A stretch of DNA of 64,000 bases from Rhabdochlamydiaceae bacterium (GTDB lineage Bacteria > Chlamydiota > Chlamydiia > Chlamydiales > Rhabdochlamydiaceae): the NCBI GenBank assembly GCA_047459655.1, contig JAJREF010000001.1:688626-752625 (forward strand), in the 5' to 3' direction. The notes under the pieces were generated by a model, which did not search any database, was not told where the DNA came from, and was given only the letters and a program-made list of their open reading frames with translations. This document shows, one piece after another, positions 30,791 through 39,977 of this stretch (its first letter is position 1; every line of letters starts with the position of its first letter). The translations under genes were made by a program, and so were the position numbers.

Positions 30791-31376
30791 AAAAGAGCCC
30801 TTTTTCAACCATTTCAATGATGATGTGAATCGCTGTCATATGCGCTTCTTGGATCCGATCAGAATAACGAAAACCCTCGACAATCCACTCAAGATCTGCC
30901 ATCCCCCTTGACTTTCCACCAGTCTTTCCTAGGAAAGCAATTGTTCCAAGACCCATCTCTTTTGCAACACTCATCGCCTCAATGAGATTGGGAGAGTTAC
31001 CACTTGTTGTAAGAGCGATAAAAATATCCCCCTTTCCTCCAAAAGCCTCTACCGACCTTGAAAAAACGCCCTCATAACCTAAATCATTTCCCACACACGT
31101 CAAGTGACCAGGATCGGATAAAGCGATAGCAGGTAGAGCTCTTCTCTTGTGTCTAAAAAAACCAGTGAGCTCTTCTGCAAAGTGCATCGCATCACAAAGG
31201 CTTCCACCGTTGCCTGCAATCAAAAGCTTGTTACCATTTTGGAAACACTCTATGATTTTTTCAGCAGCATCTGCAATAAACTGAAGACTCATTGGACGCT
31301 TAAGGTACTCAATGGCTCTTACACCATCTTCCACAGCCTCCAAAATCGATGTCTCTACAGATACCTTGGTTTCCAT
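30780..31376 (-). CDS. gmhA: phosphoheptose isomerase
   Basis: GNGGS, HFAEE, TTSGNSPN, RIQEAH. Confidence 0.94.
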   Translation of the reverse strand: METKVSVETSILEAVEDGVRAIEYLKRPMSLQFIADAAEKIIECFQNGNKLLIAGNGGSLCDAMHFAEELTGFFRHKRRALPAIALSDPGHLTCVGNDLGYEGVFSRSVEAFGGKGDIFIALTTSGNSPNLIEAMSVAKEMGLGTIAFLGKTGGKSRGMADLEWIVEGFRYSDRIQEAHMTAIHIIIEMVEKGLFYDT

Positions 31377-31486
31377 ATGCGCAATCCAATTTTTTGCTTG
31401 TCAAGCACCCATGATAACGCAATGGAAATTAAGAATCTAGTCTCTTCAGTTGACGAATTGAGGTTAGATCTCGATAATCAGATGCC

Positions 31487-32509
31487 ATGAAGAAACACTA
31501 CCGCATTGCAGTTGTTGGCGCAACAGGCGCCGTTGGGCAAGAGATGCTCAGAATACTCGACTCTAGGGATTTTCCCATAGAGGAAATCAGATGTTTTGCA
31601 TCCCCTAACTCGGCAGGAAAGTCTCTCTTTTTTAGAGGAAAAAAAATTTCCTTACAGACACTTGACAACTCTTCCTTTAAAGACCTTGATATTGTTTTAT
31701 TTAGCGCAGGCAAAAAAATTTCTTTAGAATTTGCACCTAAAGCTGTCCAAGAAGGGGCCGTTGTTATTGACAATAGCTCGGGGTTTCGAATGTGCCCAGA
31801 AGTTCCTCTCGTGATCCCTGAAGTCAACCCTGAAGCTCTCTTGCAACACAAAGGTATCATCGCTTCTCCCAACTGCACAGCAACCATCCTGTTAACTGCG
31901 CTTGCTCCTCTCCATAGACTATTTCAGATCAAGCGGATGATCTTATCGACATACCAGGCAGCAAGCGGCGCTGGAGCAACTGCCATGCATGAGCTCCAAG
32001 AAGAAACAAAAGCCTTTTTATCAAAAGAGCCTTTTCAAAGAACCGTGATGCCTCATCCGTACGCGTTTAACCTCTTCTTACATAATGCTCCTATGACAGA
32101 TGATAACTACAATGAAGAAGAGAGCAAAGTCATCGAAGAGGCGCGTAAAATTTTACAAGAGCCAGCCCTTCCGATTGCTGTTACGTGCGTGCGCGTTCCC
32201 ATTTTGCGTGCCCATTCTGAATCGATCAATGCTGAATTTCATAAGCCCATTACCGCAGATACAGCACGCTCTATTCTAGCAAAAGCTCCTGGCATCACGC
32301 TCCTAGAAGATTGGAAAAGTAACCGCTTTCCTATGCCATCTGATGCCTCTTTTCAAGATAATATCTTTGTCGGCAGAATCAGAAACGATCTTTCCCAAAA
32401 AAACACACTCGACCTCTGGGTTGTCGGCGACCAACTCTTAAAAGGTGCCGCCCTCAATGCTGTGCAAATCGCAGAGATGCTCGTTGCCTCTGAAATCATG
32501 CAAAATTAA
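31487..32509 (+). CDS. asd: aspartate-semialdehyde dehydrogenase
   Basis: GATGAVG, PNCT, YQAASGAG, KGAALNAVQIAE. Confidence 0.95.
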   Translation: MKKHYRIAVVGATGAVGQEMLRILDSRDFPIEEIRCFASPNSAGKSLFFRGKKISLQTLDNSSFKDLDIVLFSAGKKISLEFAPKAVQEGAVVIDNSSGFRMCPEVPLVIPEVNPEALLQHKGIIASPNCTATILLTALAPLHRLFQIKRMILSTYQAASGAGATAMHELQEETKAFLSKEPFQRTVMPHPYAFNLFLHNAPMTDDNYNEEESKVIEEARKILQEPALPIAVTCVRVPILRAHSESINAEFHKPITADTARSILAKAPGITLLEDWKSNRFPMPSDASFQDNIFVGRIRNDLSQKNTLDLWVVGDQLLKGAALNAVQIAEMLVASEIMQN

Positions 32510-32553
32510 ATAAATCTTTTACTTTTTCCGCACGCCAATATTTAACAGTTTTG

Positions 32554-33222
32554 TTAAGTATTAGGGTTTCGCAAAGAATCTTTCGTGCATTCAAACACAC
32601 ATTTTTCATGCGTGATCGGATGCTCAAACTCCATTCTAACGTGGCGCAAGGCAATCCCTTCATGAAAGTTATGTTTGCTCCCATACTTTCTATCTCCGAG
32701 AATAGGATGCCCCGTAGCCGCGAACTGGGCTCTGATCTGGTGATACCTACCTGTTGCAAGATCAATAGATACAAGCGTTGTGCCATTTTTTTCTTCTAAG
32801 ACATGGTAGTGTAAAATGGCCTCTTTACCCTGGGGATCTACAAAGGCTTTGTGGTCGCCATGCACGAGATAGTGAGTGAGAGTCGCTTCTTTTTTTGGCA
32901 ACAGACCTTCAATAAGAGCCTGGTAGATTTTCGAGATCTTTCTCTCACGCATAAGAGCTTGGAGGCGTGAGAGCGCTTTACTGGTTCTAGCAAAGAGGAC
33001 AAGTCCTCCCACCGATTTATCAAGACGGTGGATGGGCTCTAGAAAGACATTGCCTGGTTTCTGGTATTTTTTTTTCACCCACGCTTTAGCAAGGATCTCT
33101 AAATCTGGTTGCGTAGCAACGCCTGGCGGCTTGTCTACGACGAGAAGGTGGTTATCACAGTAAACGATGTTTGCGCTGTCGAAGGGCTTCATATAAGAGT
33201 AATGTGGTTGCGGTTGCGACAT
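32554..33222 (-). CDS. RluA-family pseudouridine synthase
   Basis: HRLD, TGRYHQIR, HPILGD. Confidence 0.92.
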   Translation of the reverse strand: MSQPQPHYSYMKPFDSANIVYCDNHLLVVDKPPGVATQPDLEILAKAWVKKKYQKPGNVFLEPIHRLDKSVGGLVLFARTSKALSRLQALMRERKISKIYQALIEGLLPKKEATLTHYLVHGDHKAFVDPQGKEAILHYHVLEEKNGTTLVSIDLATGRYHQIRAQFAATGHPILGDRKYGSKHNFHEGIALRHVRMEFEHPITHEKCVFECTKDSLRNPNT

Positions 33223-33955
33223 TCAAAGAATCAGCAATCCCCTTCATGGGAATTTTTACCTGTATATCGGCCGCTTTCATCCAAAGATCTGTCAAACCTA
33301 ATTGTTCTGTCCCTACGACGATAGCTACAGGGCCTGACAAGTTAGCCTCTGTGTACTCGAGTTGAGCTGAGGGTGTAGCTGCTACAATTTGTATGTTATG
33401 ATTTCTTAGCCATGTGTATACATCAGGGCTTTTCGCTTCGATCACAGGAATGGTAAATAGAGTACCCACACTTGCCCGTACGACGTTCGGGTTATAAATA
33501 TCTGTGCATCTATCACAGACAAGCACACCGGCTGCACCGACGGCATCTGCAGAACGAAGAATAGTGCCGAGATTGCCAGGCTTTTCAATCGACTCTGCAA
33601 CCACAAAAAGAGCAGACTTGTGCACTCCTACGAGATCTTTAAGGCCTAGCTGCATCTGATGCGCAACAGCTACAAGGCCATCAGGGCGATCACGGTAGGA
33701 AATTTTCTCAAAGAGATGTTTAGGCAGCTCGCATATATCGCACTCTATCTGGTTGATAAGAGCTTCTTCATTACTACCTAAGAAAAAGTCAGGACAAATA
33801 TAGAGAGAGTGGAAGTGTACATTGCCATCTGCTGCTCGTTTGATCTCACGGTATCCCTCGATGAGAAAAAGTTCTGTCTCATCCCGCTCTTTCCGATCTT
33901 TTAGACGAACGAGTTGTTTGATTTTTGGGTTCTGAGCGCTTGTTATTTTATCCAT
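33155..33955 (-). CDS. TrmH/SpoU RNA methyltransferase
   Basis: KPGNLGTILRSA, GTEQLGL, SLNVA. Confidence 0.92.
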   Translation of the reverse strand: MDKITSAQNPKIKQLVRLKDRKERDETELFLIEGYREIKRAADGNVHFHSLYICPDFFLGSNEEALINQIECDICELPKHLFEKISYRDRPDGLVAVAHQMQLGLKDLVGVHKSALFVVAESIEKPGNLGTILRSADAVGAAGVLVCDRCTDIYNPNVVRASVGTLFTIPVIEAKSPDVYTWLRNHNIQIVAATPSAQLEYTEANLSGPVAIVVGTEQLGLTDLWMKAADIQVKIPMKGIADSLNVATATTLLLYEALRQRKHRLL

Positions 33956-34765
33956 GCCATCTCGCATAAGTTCCTGAAGGAAGATCAAGCTCACCTGGTA
34001 TCACCATTTCCCCTGATTCTATGTTCCCTTTGAGTCCTTCTGTGACTTGCCTCATCAGATGGTGCATCACAAGGGGTGTATAACCTGGGGTGTGAGACGA
34101 TAATATAAAAAAAGTGGCTTTGGAGAAAGCAGCTTTCTACAGAGTTCTAAGATGGGTAAAAGATCCCGCTCTATTTTAAAAATCTCTCCATTATTCCCTC
34201 TTCCGAATGTCGGAGGATCGAGCAAAATGCCATCATAGAGCACACCTCTTCTCACTTCTCTTTGTAAGAACTTCACAACATCGTCGACAATCCAGCGGAT
34301 CTCAGCATTTTTTAGATCGTTGAGTTCTGCATTTTCCCGGGCCCATGCAACGACTGTTTTAGAAGCGTCGAGGTGACACACTTTAGCGCCCGCTTTAGCA
34401 ATTGCTAGCGTTGCGCCACCTGTGTAGGCAAAAAGATTCAAGATGTTAGCGCCCTTATGCAACCGCGGCACCATCCATGACCATAAAGATGCATGCTCAG
34501 GAAAAATCCCCAGGTGCCCAAAATCGGTCGGCACAATTTTAAATTTAATCCCCATGCAGGTCACCGTCCATGAGGCAGGTAACTTTGTTTTGTGTTTCCA
34601 CTTGTTCACAGGCTCTCTTGTAAAAATTGCATCGGCACTTTCCCATTCTTTTCTTTCTATTAGGGGTTGCCAGACAGCTTGAGAACAAGGTCTTACAAGG
34701 GTAAACTTCCCAAATTTTTCAAATTTATGCTCGTGGCCACTATCTAAAAGAGCGTATTCAGACAT
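33948..34765 (-). CDS. SAM-dependent methyltransferase (RlmI/RlmK-like), frameshift near 34110
   Basis: GHLGIFPE, LNLFAYTGG, LDPP; corrected C-terminus ...LPSGTYARWHG*. Confidence 0.85.
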
Positions 34766-35243
34766 ATCCCATCACGTAGTGTAAAAGTTTTTCTATCAGT
34801 TGGTTGCACGTCGATAGCATAATTGTTTGCCGATTTCCTTGAATAGAAAAAGATCCCGATTCTATTCTGCCTCCCTTTGCACCGATTGTATAAAAAATAG
34901 TGCCTACAGGTTTCTCTACAGAGCCACCGGAGGGGCCTGCAATGCCGGTAACTGCCACTCCAAAATCTGCAATTGTCACCTTCAAAAGCCCTGCTAACAT
35001 CTCTTTTGCCGTTTCAGAGCTGACAGCCCCTTCTACAGCAATCGTCTTGGAAGAGACGTTTAGGATCTTCTCTTTCAGAGTATTAGAATAGACAACAAGC
35101 GATCCCAAAAAATATTGGGAAGCCCCTGGATAAGCCGTAATCTGGCTTGCAAGAAGCCCGCCTGTGCAAGATTCTGCAAAAGCAAGAGTCTTCTTACTTT
35201 CCATGAACCATTGATGTAGAGTTTCTGCAGTTTTAGTAGACAT
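34758..35243 (-). CDS. cinA: CinA C-terminal domain protein (PncC-like)
   Basis: AESCTGG, GAVS, TGIAGPSGG, KPVGT. Confidence 0.9.
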   Translation of the reverse strand: MSTKTAETLHQWFMESKKTLAFAESCTGGLLASQITAYPGASQYFLGSLVVYSNTLKEKILNVSSKTIAVEGAVSSETAKEMLAGLLKVTIADFGVAVTGIAGPSGGSVEKPVGTIFYTIGAKGGRIESGSFSIQGNRQTIMLSTCNQLIEKLLHYVMGYV

Positions 35244-35913
35244 GGACTTGTATCCCTTTTTCTTGAAGCTGAGGGTGTCTATTTATCCAAGAAAAACACT
35301 CTTTCCCAAGCCTAATCGGCACAGCTGTTTTCTTCCCTTCCCAGATAAATGTAGTGGGCGTGCTAAAGTTGCGCAACCACTTAGTGAGCTTATCAAATAA
35401 GAGCGTATTAGGAAATTGTTCTGACACCTTAGAAAATAAATTTGTTTTTGGATCTTGGCAGATTTGGGGATAAGAAAACTGCACTCCCCAGGAAACACTG
35501 TCTTGACTAAGGACCATCGGATGAAACTTCCCATCTAATTTAGAAGGAAGGAATTGATGGAGTTGCATCTGTACCACGGGCTGAATGGTTTTGATGAGGT
35601 ACTGTCCTGCCTTTACCTCCATCTTATAAAAAGCATCTGGAGTTGCCGAAAGAGCTCCTGAAAATAGCCTACGGGGCTCTAAAATCTTTCCTGCCTGTAA
35701 AATCTCGGCATACTGAGCATAAGTCTCTAAAAAAAGCTCTTGGGGTATTTCCCCTTCGGGAACTAATTCGCTCACGTTATAAAGTGCGCATGGCGCAAGG
35801 TGGGCAAATAACTGGCGCATCTCTGCACCACTCAAGAGAACTTGCGTCTTGAGCCACTTAGAAACATTTAAAACCCCTTCTTGAGAAGGATGACTAACTT
35901 TTAGAAGGGACAT
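35233..35913 (-). CDS. hypothetical protein
   Basis: Long ORF coupled between lspA and cinA. Confidence 0.7.
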   Translation of the reverse strand: MSLLKVSHPSQEGVLNVSKWLKTQVLLSGAEMRQLFAHLAPCALYNVSELVPEGEIPQELFLETYAQYAEILQAGKILEPRRLFSGALSATPDAFYKMEVKAGQYLIKTIQPVVQMQLHQFLPSKLDGKFHPMVLSQDSVSWGVQFSYPQICQDPKTNLFSKVSEQFPNTLLFDKLTKWLRNFSTPTTFIWEGKKTAVPIRLGKECFSWINRHPQLQEKGIQVHVY

Positions 35914-36412
35914 AAGCCTTAGAAACAAAAGAACGCAAGATCATCCACGCAATACCACAAAAGATTGCACTGTCGGCAACATTGAAGACTGCAAAAGAAT
36001 GACCCCAAAAGATAAAGTGAAACATATCGACCACATGACCATACACAAAATAATCGACCACATTGCCGATTGCGCCTCCAACAATCAAACTTAAAGGGAA
36101 ATGATACTTTGTCGATTTAGGAGAAAAAATCATGTAACTAATCAATCCTACAATCACCCCTATCCGTACAACTAACAGAATATTTTGCATAGAGCTAAAC
36201 AAACCCCAGGCAGCACCGTGATTAAACACATGATTAATACAAAAATCGATGCCTAAAAAGTTATGAAAGATGGGGATTCCCCCAAAAGGAAATACGTCAC
36301 GTCCAAAATAAACAGGTGAAATAGAAAAATTCACCCATGCCTTAGAAACATAATCGAGGGCAAAAATAGGAACAATCAGGGCAAGGAGTTGGAATAAGCG
36401 CCTCCAATTCAC
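35894..36412 (-). CDS. lspA: signal peptidase II
   Basis: NHGAAWG, GAIGNVVD, VVDMF, FNVAD. Confidence 0.94.
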   Translation of the reverse strand: MNWRRLFQLLALIVPIFALDYVSKAWVNFSISPVYFGRDVFPFGGIPIFHNFLGIDFCINHVFNHGAAWGLFSSMQNILLVVRIGVIVGLISYMIFSPKSTKYHFPLSLIVGGAIGNVVDYFVYGHVVDMFHFIFWGHSFAVFNVADSAIFCGIAWMILRSFVSKAYVPSKS

Positions 36413-36777
36413 TGGATCAATCCTTTTTCCATCATTTCTTGGGCCTTTACAGTCATTGTGGCGTAAGGAATAGCATCTAGACGAGCCATAGGAATGGCTT
36501 CTCCTGTTACATCGCAAACACCATAAGTATGGTCGTCAATTTTCTCTAAAGCTCTGTCGATTTGACGTAAAATCTTAAACTCTTCATCAGACACTTGGAG
36601 GCTAATGCTGCGATTAAAATCATCTGTTCCTTCATCTGCTTGATGCTGAGAATACCCCTTCGATTCCTCTGGAGTTTTCACTTCATCTGCTACGTGTTTA
36701 GCAAGCTGCGTCATTTGAGCTTTCATATCTTCTAAACGCTTTTTAAATCTCTCGATGTCTTGTTTTTTTAGTGTCAT
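36409..36777 (-). CDS. dksA: DksA/TraR family protein
   Basis: HQADEGTD coiled-coil tip, YGVCDVTGEAI..RL; partial zinc site. Confidence 0.9.
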   Translation of the reverse strand: MTLKKQDIERFKKRLEDMKAQMTQLAKHVADEVKTPEESKGYSQHQADEGTDDFNRSISLQVSDEEFKILRQIDRALEKIDDHTYGVCDVTGEAIPMARLDAIPYATMTVKAQEMMEKGLIQ

Positions 36778-36792
36778 AAAGATTCCTTATCT

Positions 36793-37266
36793 TCAGTTAA
36801 TCGGGCACTTTCCTTCTTCTGAGGAAGCAATACTTTGAATTTCGCCCATTAGTTCATCCATATCCTTAAACCTGCGATAAACGCAAGCAAAACGAATATA
36901 GGCAATTGTATCCCTTTCTTTTAAATGACGGATGACAATTTCTCCCAGTTCCGTCGTTTCAATCTCTTTAACCTGCCGCTCCATTAAATCCATTGCAATC
37001 TGGTAAGCAATAGATCTCACTTGGTCATGGCTAATCCGCGTATGGCGGCAAGCTGCATCAAGACCCCTGATGAGTTTGTCTTGTTGGAAATCCTCATACC
37101 TTCCATCGCGCTTATGGACTTGGATGATCAAGTCAACGGTCTCAAACGTAGTAAAACGTTTTTGACACTGCAAACACTCACGCCTGCGTCTAATCGCATT
37201 TTGCTCAACGGCATTTCTAGAATCCGTGACTTTCGACTCTTCATGATGGCAAAAAGGACAACGCAT
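36793..37266 (-). CDS. nrdR: transcriptional repressor NrdR
   Basis: MRCPFC, IRRRRECLQC, RFTTFE, AYIRFACVYR. Confidence 0.97.
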   Translation of the reverse strand: MRCPFCHHEESKVTDSRNAVEQNAIRRRRECLQCQKRFTTFETVDLIIQVHKRDGRYEDFQQDKLIRGLDAACRHTRISHDQVRSIAYQIAMDLMERQVKEIETTELGEIVIRHLKERDTIAYIRFACVYRRFKDMDELMGEIQSIASSEEGKCPIN

Positions 37267-37351
37267 AAATGACGGCCTCTACTGCAAATAGGTTATTTTA
37301 TAACTTAAAAGTTAAAAAATCCATTCAAATATAGCACTGCTCTTGTAATCT

Positions 37352-38011
37352 TCAAAGACAAGTGATGAAATATTTCTTTAAGCTAGAAGAAGCCATATAT
37401 GCTAAGCAGGTACTGACCATTGTCAGAAATAGAAGCCCTTTTGTTTCTAGACGTTCTGCTTTTGTTAGAGCCCATCCCATTCCAGGCCTGAATAAAGAAA
37501 GAGTGGGAATGCCCAGCCTAGGACTAGTAAACTCCATGATTTTCCAAGCTACACACATAGAAATAGACTTTTGCACAACAGCTATAGCTTCAAGATACGC
37601 ACGCCTGTCAAGATACTCAACGATAATGGCGCTTCTAGCAGAGGAGCCTTTAGCTTGTCGAAGTCGTGAAACAGAATGAAGATCATAATCAACCTTTAAA
37701 CAATCTCTTTCAAAAGCCTCAGGAGTATAACCCCGTTGCAGCTCTTTAACACCAACGGTAAGCCCAAAAACTCGCTCAAAAGGGTTAATAGCTTGTGCAC
37801 ACTTTAACCCAAAAAAATGTTGCCCTATAACCTCAAAAATACCACACAACCCACTAGCAGTTATCATCAGCGCAGCCCCTGCAATCATTGAACCAAAAAG
37901 CGGCTTGGAGACAGAAGATACTTTTCTAGCTGCAGCCCCCAGTAAAGCTCCCACGATAACGTCCGCTGCAACAGATCCTAATACACTCCGGCTGAGCTTT
38001 GCGATATCCAT
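37352..38011 (-). CDS. hypothetical membrane protein
   Basis: 219-aa ORF with several hydrophobic segments, no recognised motif. Confidence 0.6.
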   Translation of the reverse strand: MDIAKLSRSVLGSVAADVIVGALLGAAARKVSSVSKPLFGSMIAGAALMITASGLCGIFEVIGQHFFGLKCAQAINPFERVFGLTVGVKELQRGYTPEAFERDCLKVDYDLHSVSRLRQAKGSSARSAIIVEYLDRRAYLEAIAVVQKSISMCVAWKIMEFTSPRLGIPTLSLFRPGMGWALTKAERLETKGLLFLTMVSTCLAYMASSSLKKYFITCL

Positions 38012-38103
38012 ACCCTATCCCTTCCTAAAATGGGAACTAATTTAAAAACTTAGCAAATTTATTTCAATTAATACTTAGAGCCATTAGAATCAGTCAGGCG
38101 TCT

Positions 38104-38277
38104 ATGAAAAAATTATTTATAACTGCATGTTTTTTAATGTTATCTACCTTGGAAGCAAATATGTTAGCTCATGACAAAGCAGCCTGTTTGGAACAATTAG
38201 AAAAAGCTACTGACGCCGAGCTTTGGGATGTCTTTCTTGAAGGCCAATTCAAACTTTTTTTGATGCTGAATTCATAA
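38104..38277 (+). CDS. small secreted peptide or truncated gene (57 aa)
   Basis: MKKLFITACFLMLSTLEA signal-like leader; ends 11 bp before the VOC gene. Confidence 0.4.
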   Translation: MKKLFITACFLMLSTLEANMLAHDKAACLEQLEKATDAELWDVFLEGQFKLFLMLNS

Positions 38278-38288
38278 GGATCAACTAA

Positions 38289-38657
38289 ATGCGCAAATAC
38301 CACCACTATGGAATTCCCACGCAGGAAAAAAGAGAAGATGAAACCCTGGTAGAAGCAGGAGGATTTAGGTTTTATTCTACCCCTTTCGAAGGCAATAAAT
38401 GGCATATCCAATGGCATCGGTTTCCAGAAGGCCATGGCCTTCCTGAACGATTAACACAAGTTCCTCATATTGCTTTCCAAGTCGATAACCTAGATGCGGA
38501 AATCAAGGGATGTAAAATTCTTTTGGGCCCCTATAGCCCCCTAGAAGGGTACCGCGTTGCCATCATCGAAGAGCAGGGCGTACCAATCGAACTCGTAGAA
38601 ACGACGCTGACCGATGCAGAGCTATCACAGCTTGAGCAAGAAAAATTTGGAAAATGA
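38289..38657 (+). CDS. VOC/glyoxalase-like protein
   Basis: YHHYGIPT, PHIAFQVDNLD, PIELVE. Confidence 0.75.
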   Translation: MRKYHHYGIPTQEKREDETLVEAGGFRFYSTPFEGNKWHIQWHRFPEGHGLPERLTQVPHIAFQVDNLDAEIKGCKILLGPYSPLEGYRVAIIEEQGVPIELVETTLTDAELSQLEQEKFGK

Positions 38658-38668
38658 AAAGCGTTGCA

Positions 38669-38716
38669 TTATCTGCATTTTATCTGCATAATAAAGGCAA
38701 CGTTAAATGCAGATAA
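38669..38716. promoter_or_regulatory. putative operator upstream of fic
   Basis: TTATCTGCAT at 38669 and 38680, inverted ATGCAGATAA at 38707. Confidence 0.5.
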
Positions 38717-38728
38717 CTTGCTGATATT

Positions 38729-39823
38729 ATGCCGATAAACTTTAAACCGCTCTATAACCTGACTCCAAAAATTGCTTTAAGCCTTATTCGTATCGAGGCA
38801 GCTAAAGAAAAAATTCTACACCTTCCTTTAACACCGATAGTCTTGGCCTCTTTACGAGAGACAGCCCGCCTATATACGACGCATTATTCTACAATGATTG
38901 AGGGGAATGCCCTCTCTCCAAAAGAGATTGAAAAAGTACTTAAACATGAAGGGCACTTCCCTGGACGTGAACGGGATGAAAATGAAATAAAAGGATACTA
39001 TGCAGCTCTCATGCAGGTAGAAAAGTTAGCTGCTACAAACCGCCCAGTAACTGAAAAAATAATCCAAACTTTGCATGCCACTGTCATGGCAAACGGGAAA
39101 ACGAAAGTAGCGCCTACCCCCTATCGAGATGGTCAAAATGTCATCCGCGATGGAAGAACGAAAGAAATCATCTATATGCCGCCCGAGGCCAAAGATGTGC
39201 CAGGCCTTATGGGCGGGCTAGTCGATTGGATTGATAAAAACAGCCACCTTCCCTGTGCAATTGTAGCTGGTATCGCTCATTATCAATTTGCTACTATCCA
39301 CCCTTACTATGATGGGAATGGGAGAACGGCGAGGTTGCTGACAACCCTCCTATTGCATTTAGGTGGATATGATCTAAAAGGCCTCTACTCATTGGAAGAA
39401 TACTACGCTCGCAATCTGGGCGCCTACTATGAAGCAATCACCGTTGGTGAATCTCACAACTACTACCGAGGTAGATCGCAAGCAGATATCACTAAATGGA
39501 TCGAATATTTTGTAGAGGGAATGGCCGTCGCGTTTGAAAATGTCTTGAAACGCATGAGCGAAGCCAACATCCAAGGATCCCCTGACCAAAGCGCGCTGAT
39601 CCGTAATCTAGACCCAAGACAGCGTAAAGGCCTTGAACTACTCCAAGCATTTGAAACGATTACATCTAGTCAAATTGGCGAATTATTTGGATTCAAACCC
39701 CGCACCAGCGCACAGATCTGCAAGCTATGGGTAGCAGGTGGCTTTTTAGAAATTGCCAACCCCTCTAACCGAGCGCGTAAATACAAAATTTCTAAACAGT
39801 ATGAGTGCTTGATTAAGCAATAA
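38729..39823 (+). CDS. Fic family protein with C-terminal winged HTH
   Basis: STMIEGN inhibitory helix, HPYYDGNGRTAR catalytic motif, C-terminal HTH. Confidence 0.93.
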   Translation: MPINFKPLYNLTPKIALSLIRIEAAKEKILHLPLTPIVLASLRETARLYTTHYSTMIEGNALSPKEIEKVLKHEGHFPGRERDENEIKGYYAALMQVEKLAATNRPVTEKIIQTLHATVMANGKTKVAPTPYRDGQNVIRDGRTKEIIYMPPEAKDVPGLMGGLVDWIDKNSHLPCAIVAGIAHYQFATIHPYYDGNGRTARLLTTLLLHLGGYDLKGLYSLEEYYARNLGAYYEAITVGESHNYYRGRSQADITKWIEYFVEGMAVAFENVLKRMSEANIQGSPDQSALIRNLDPRQRKGLELLQAFETITSSQIGELFGFKPRTSAQICKLWVAGGFLEIANPSNRARKYKISKQYECLIKQ

Positions 39824-39827
39824 AGAA

Positions 39828-39915
39828 CGGAGGAGGTGGGATTCGAACCCACGATACGTTTATCACGTATACACGCTTTCCAAGCGGGCTCCATCAGCCA
39901 CTCGGACACTCTTCT
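39828..39915 (-). pseudogene. degenerate duplicate of tRNA-Ser(GGA)
   Basis: Matches 42874..42961 except 3 substitutions; 5' strand AGAAGAG creates two A-C mismatches in the acceptor stem. Confidence 0.8.
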
Positions 39916-39977
39916 ATGAAGAAGATGAAACCATGACTTTAGGTACACAACAAGGCTCATATTTACCCCGCAGGCAG

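Noticed and set aside
39670..39960. ORFs overlapping tRNAs or antisense to known genes (also 48101..48334, 26555..27154, 4420..4830)
   Set aside because: Shadow ORFs with no independent motifs
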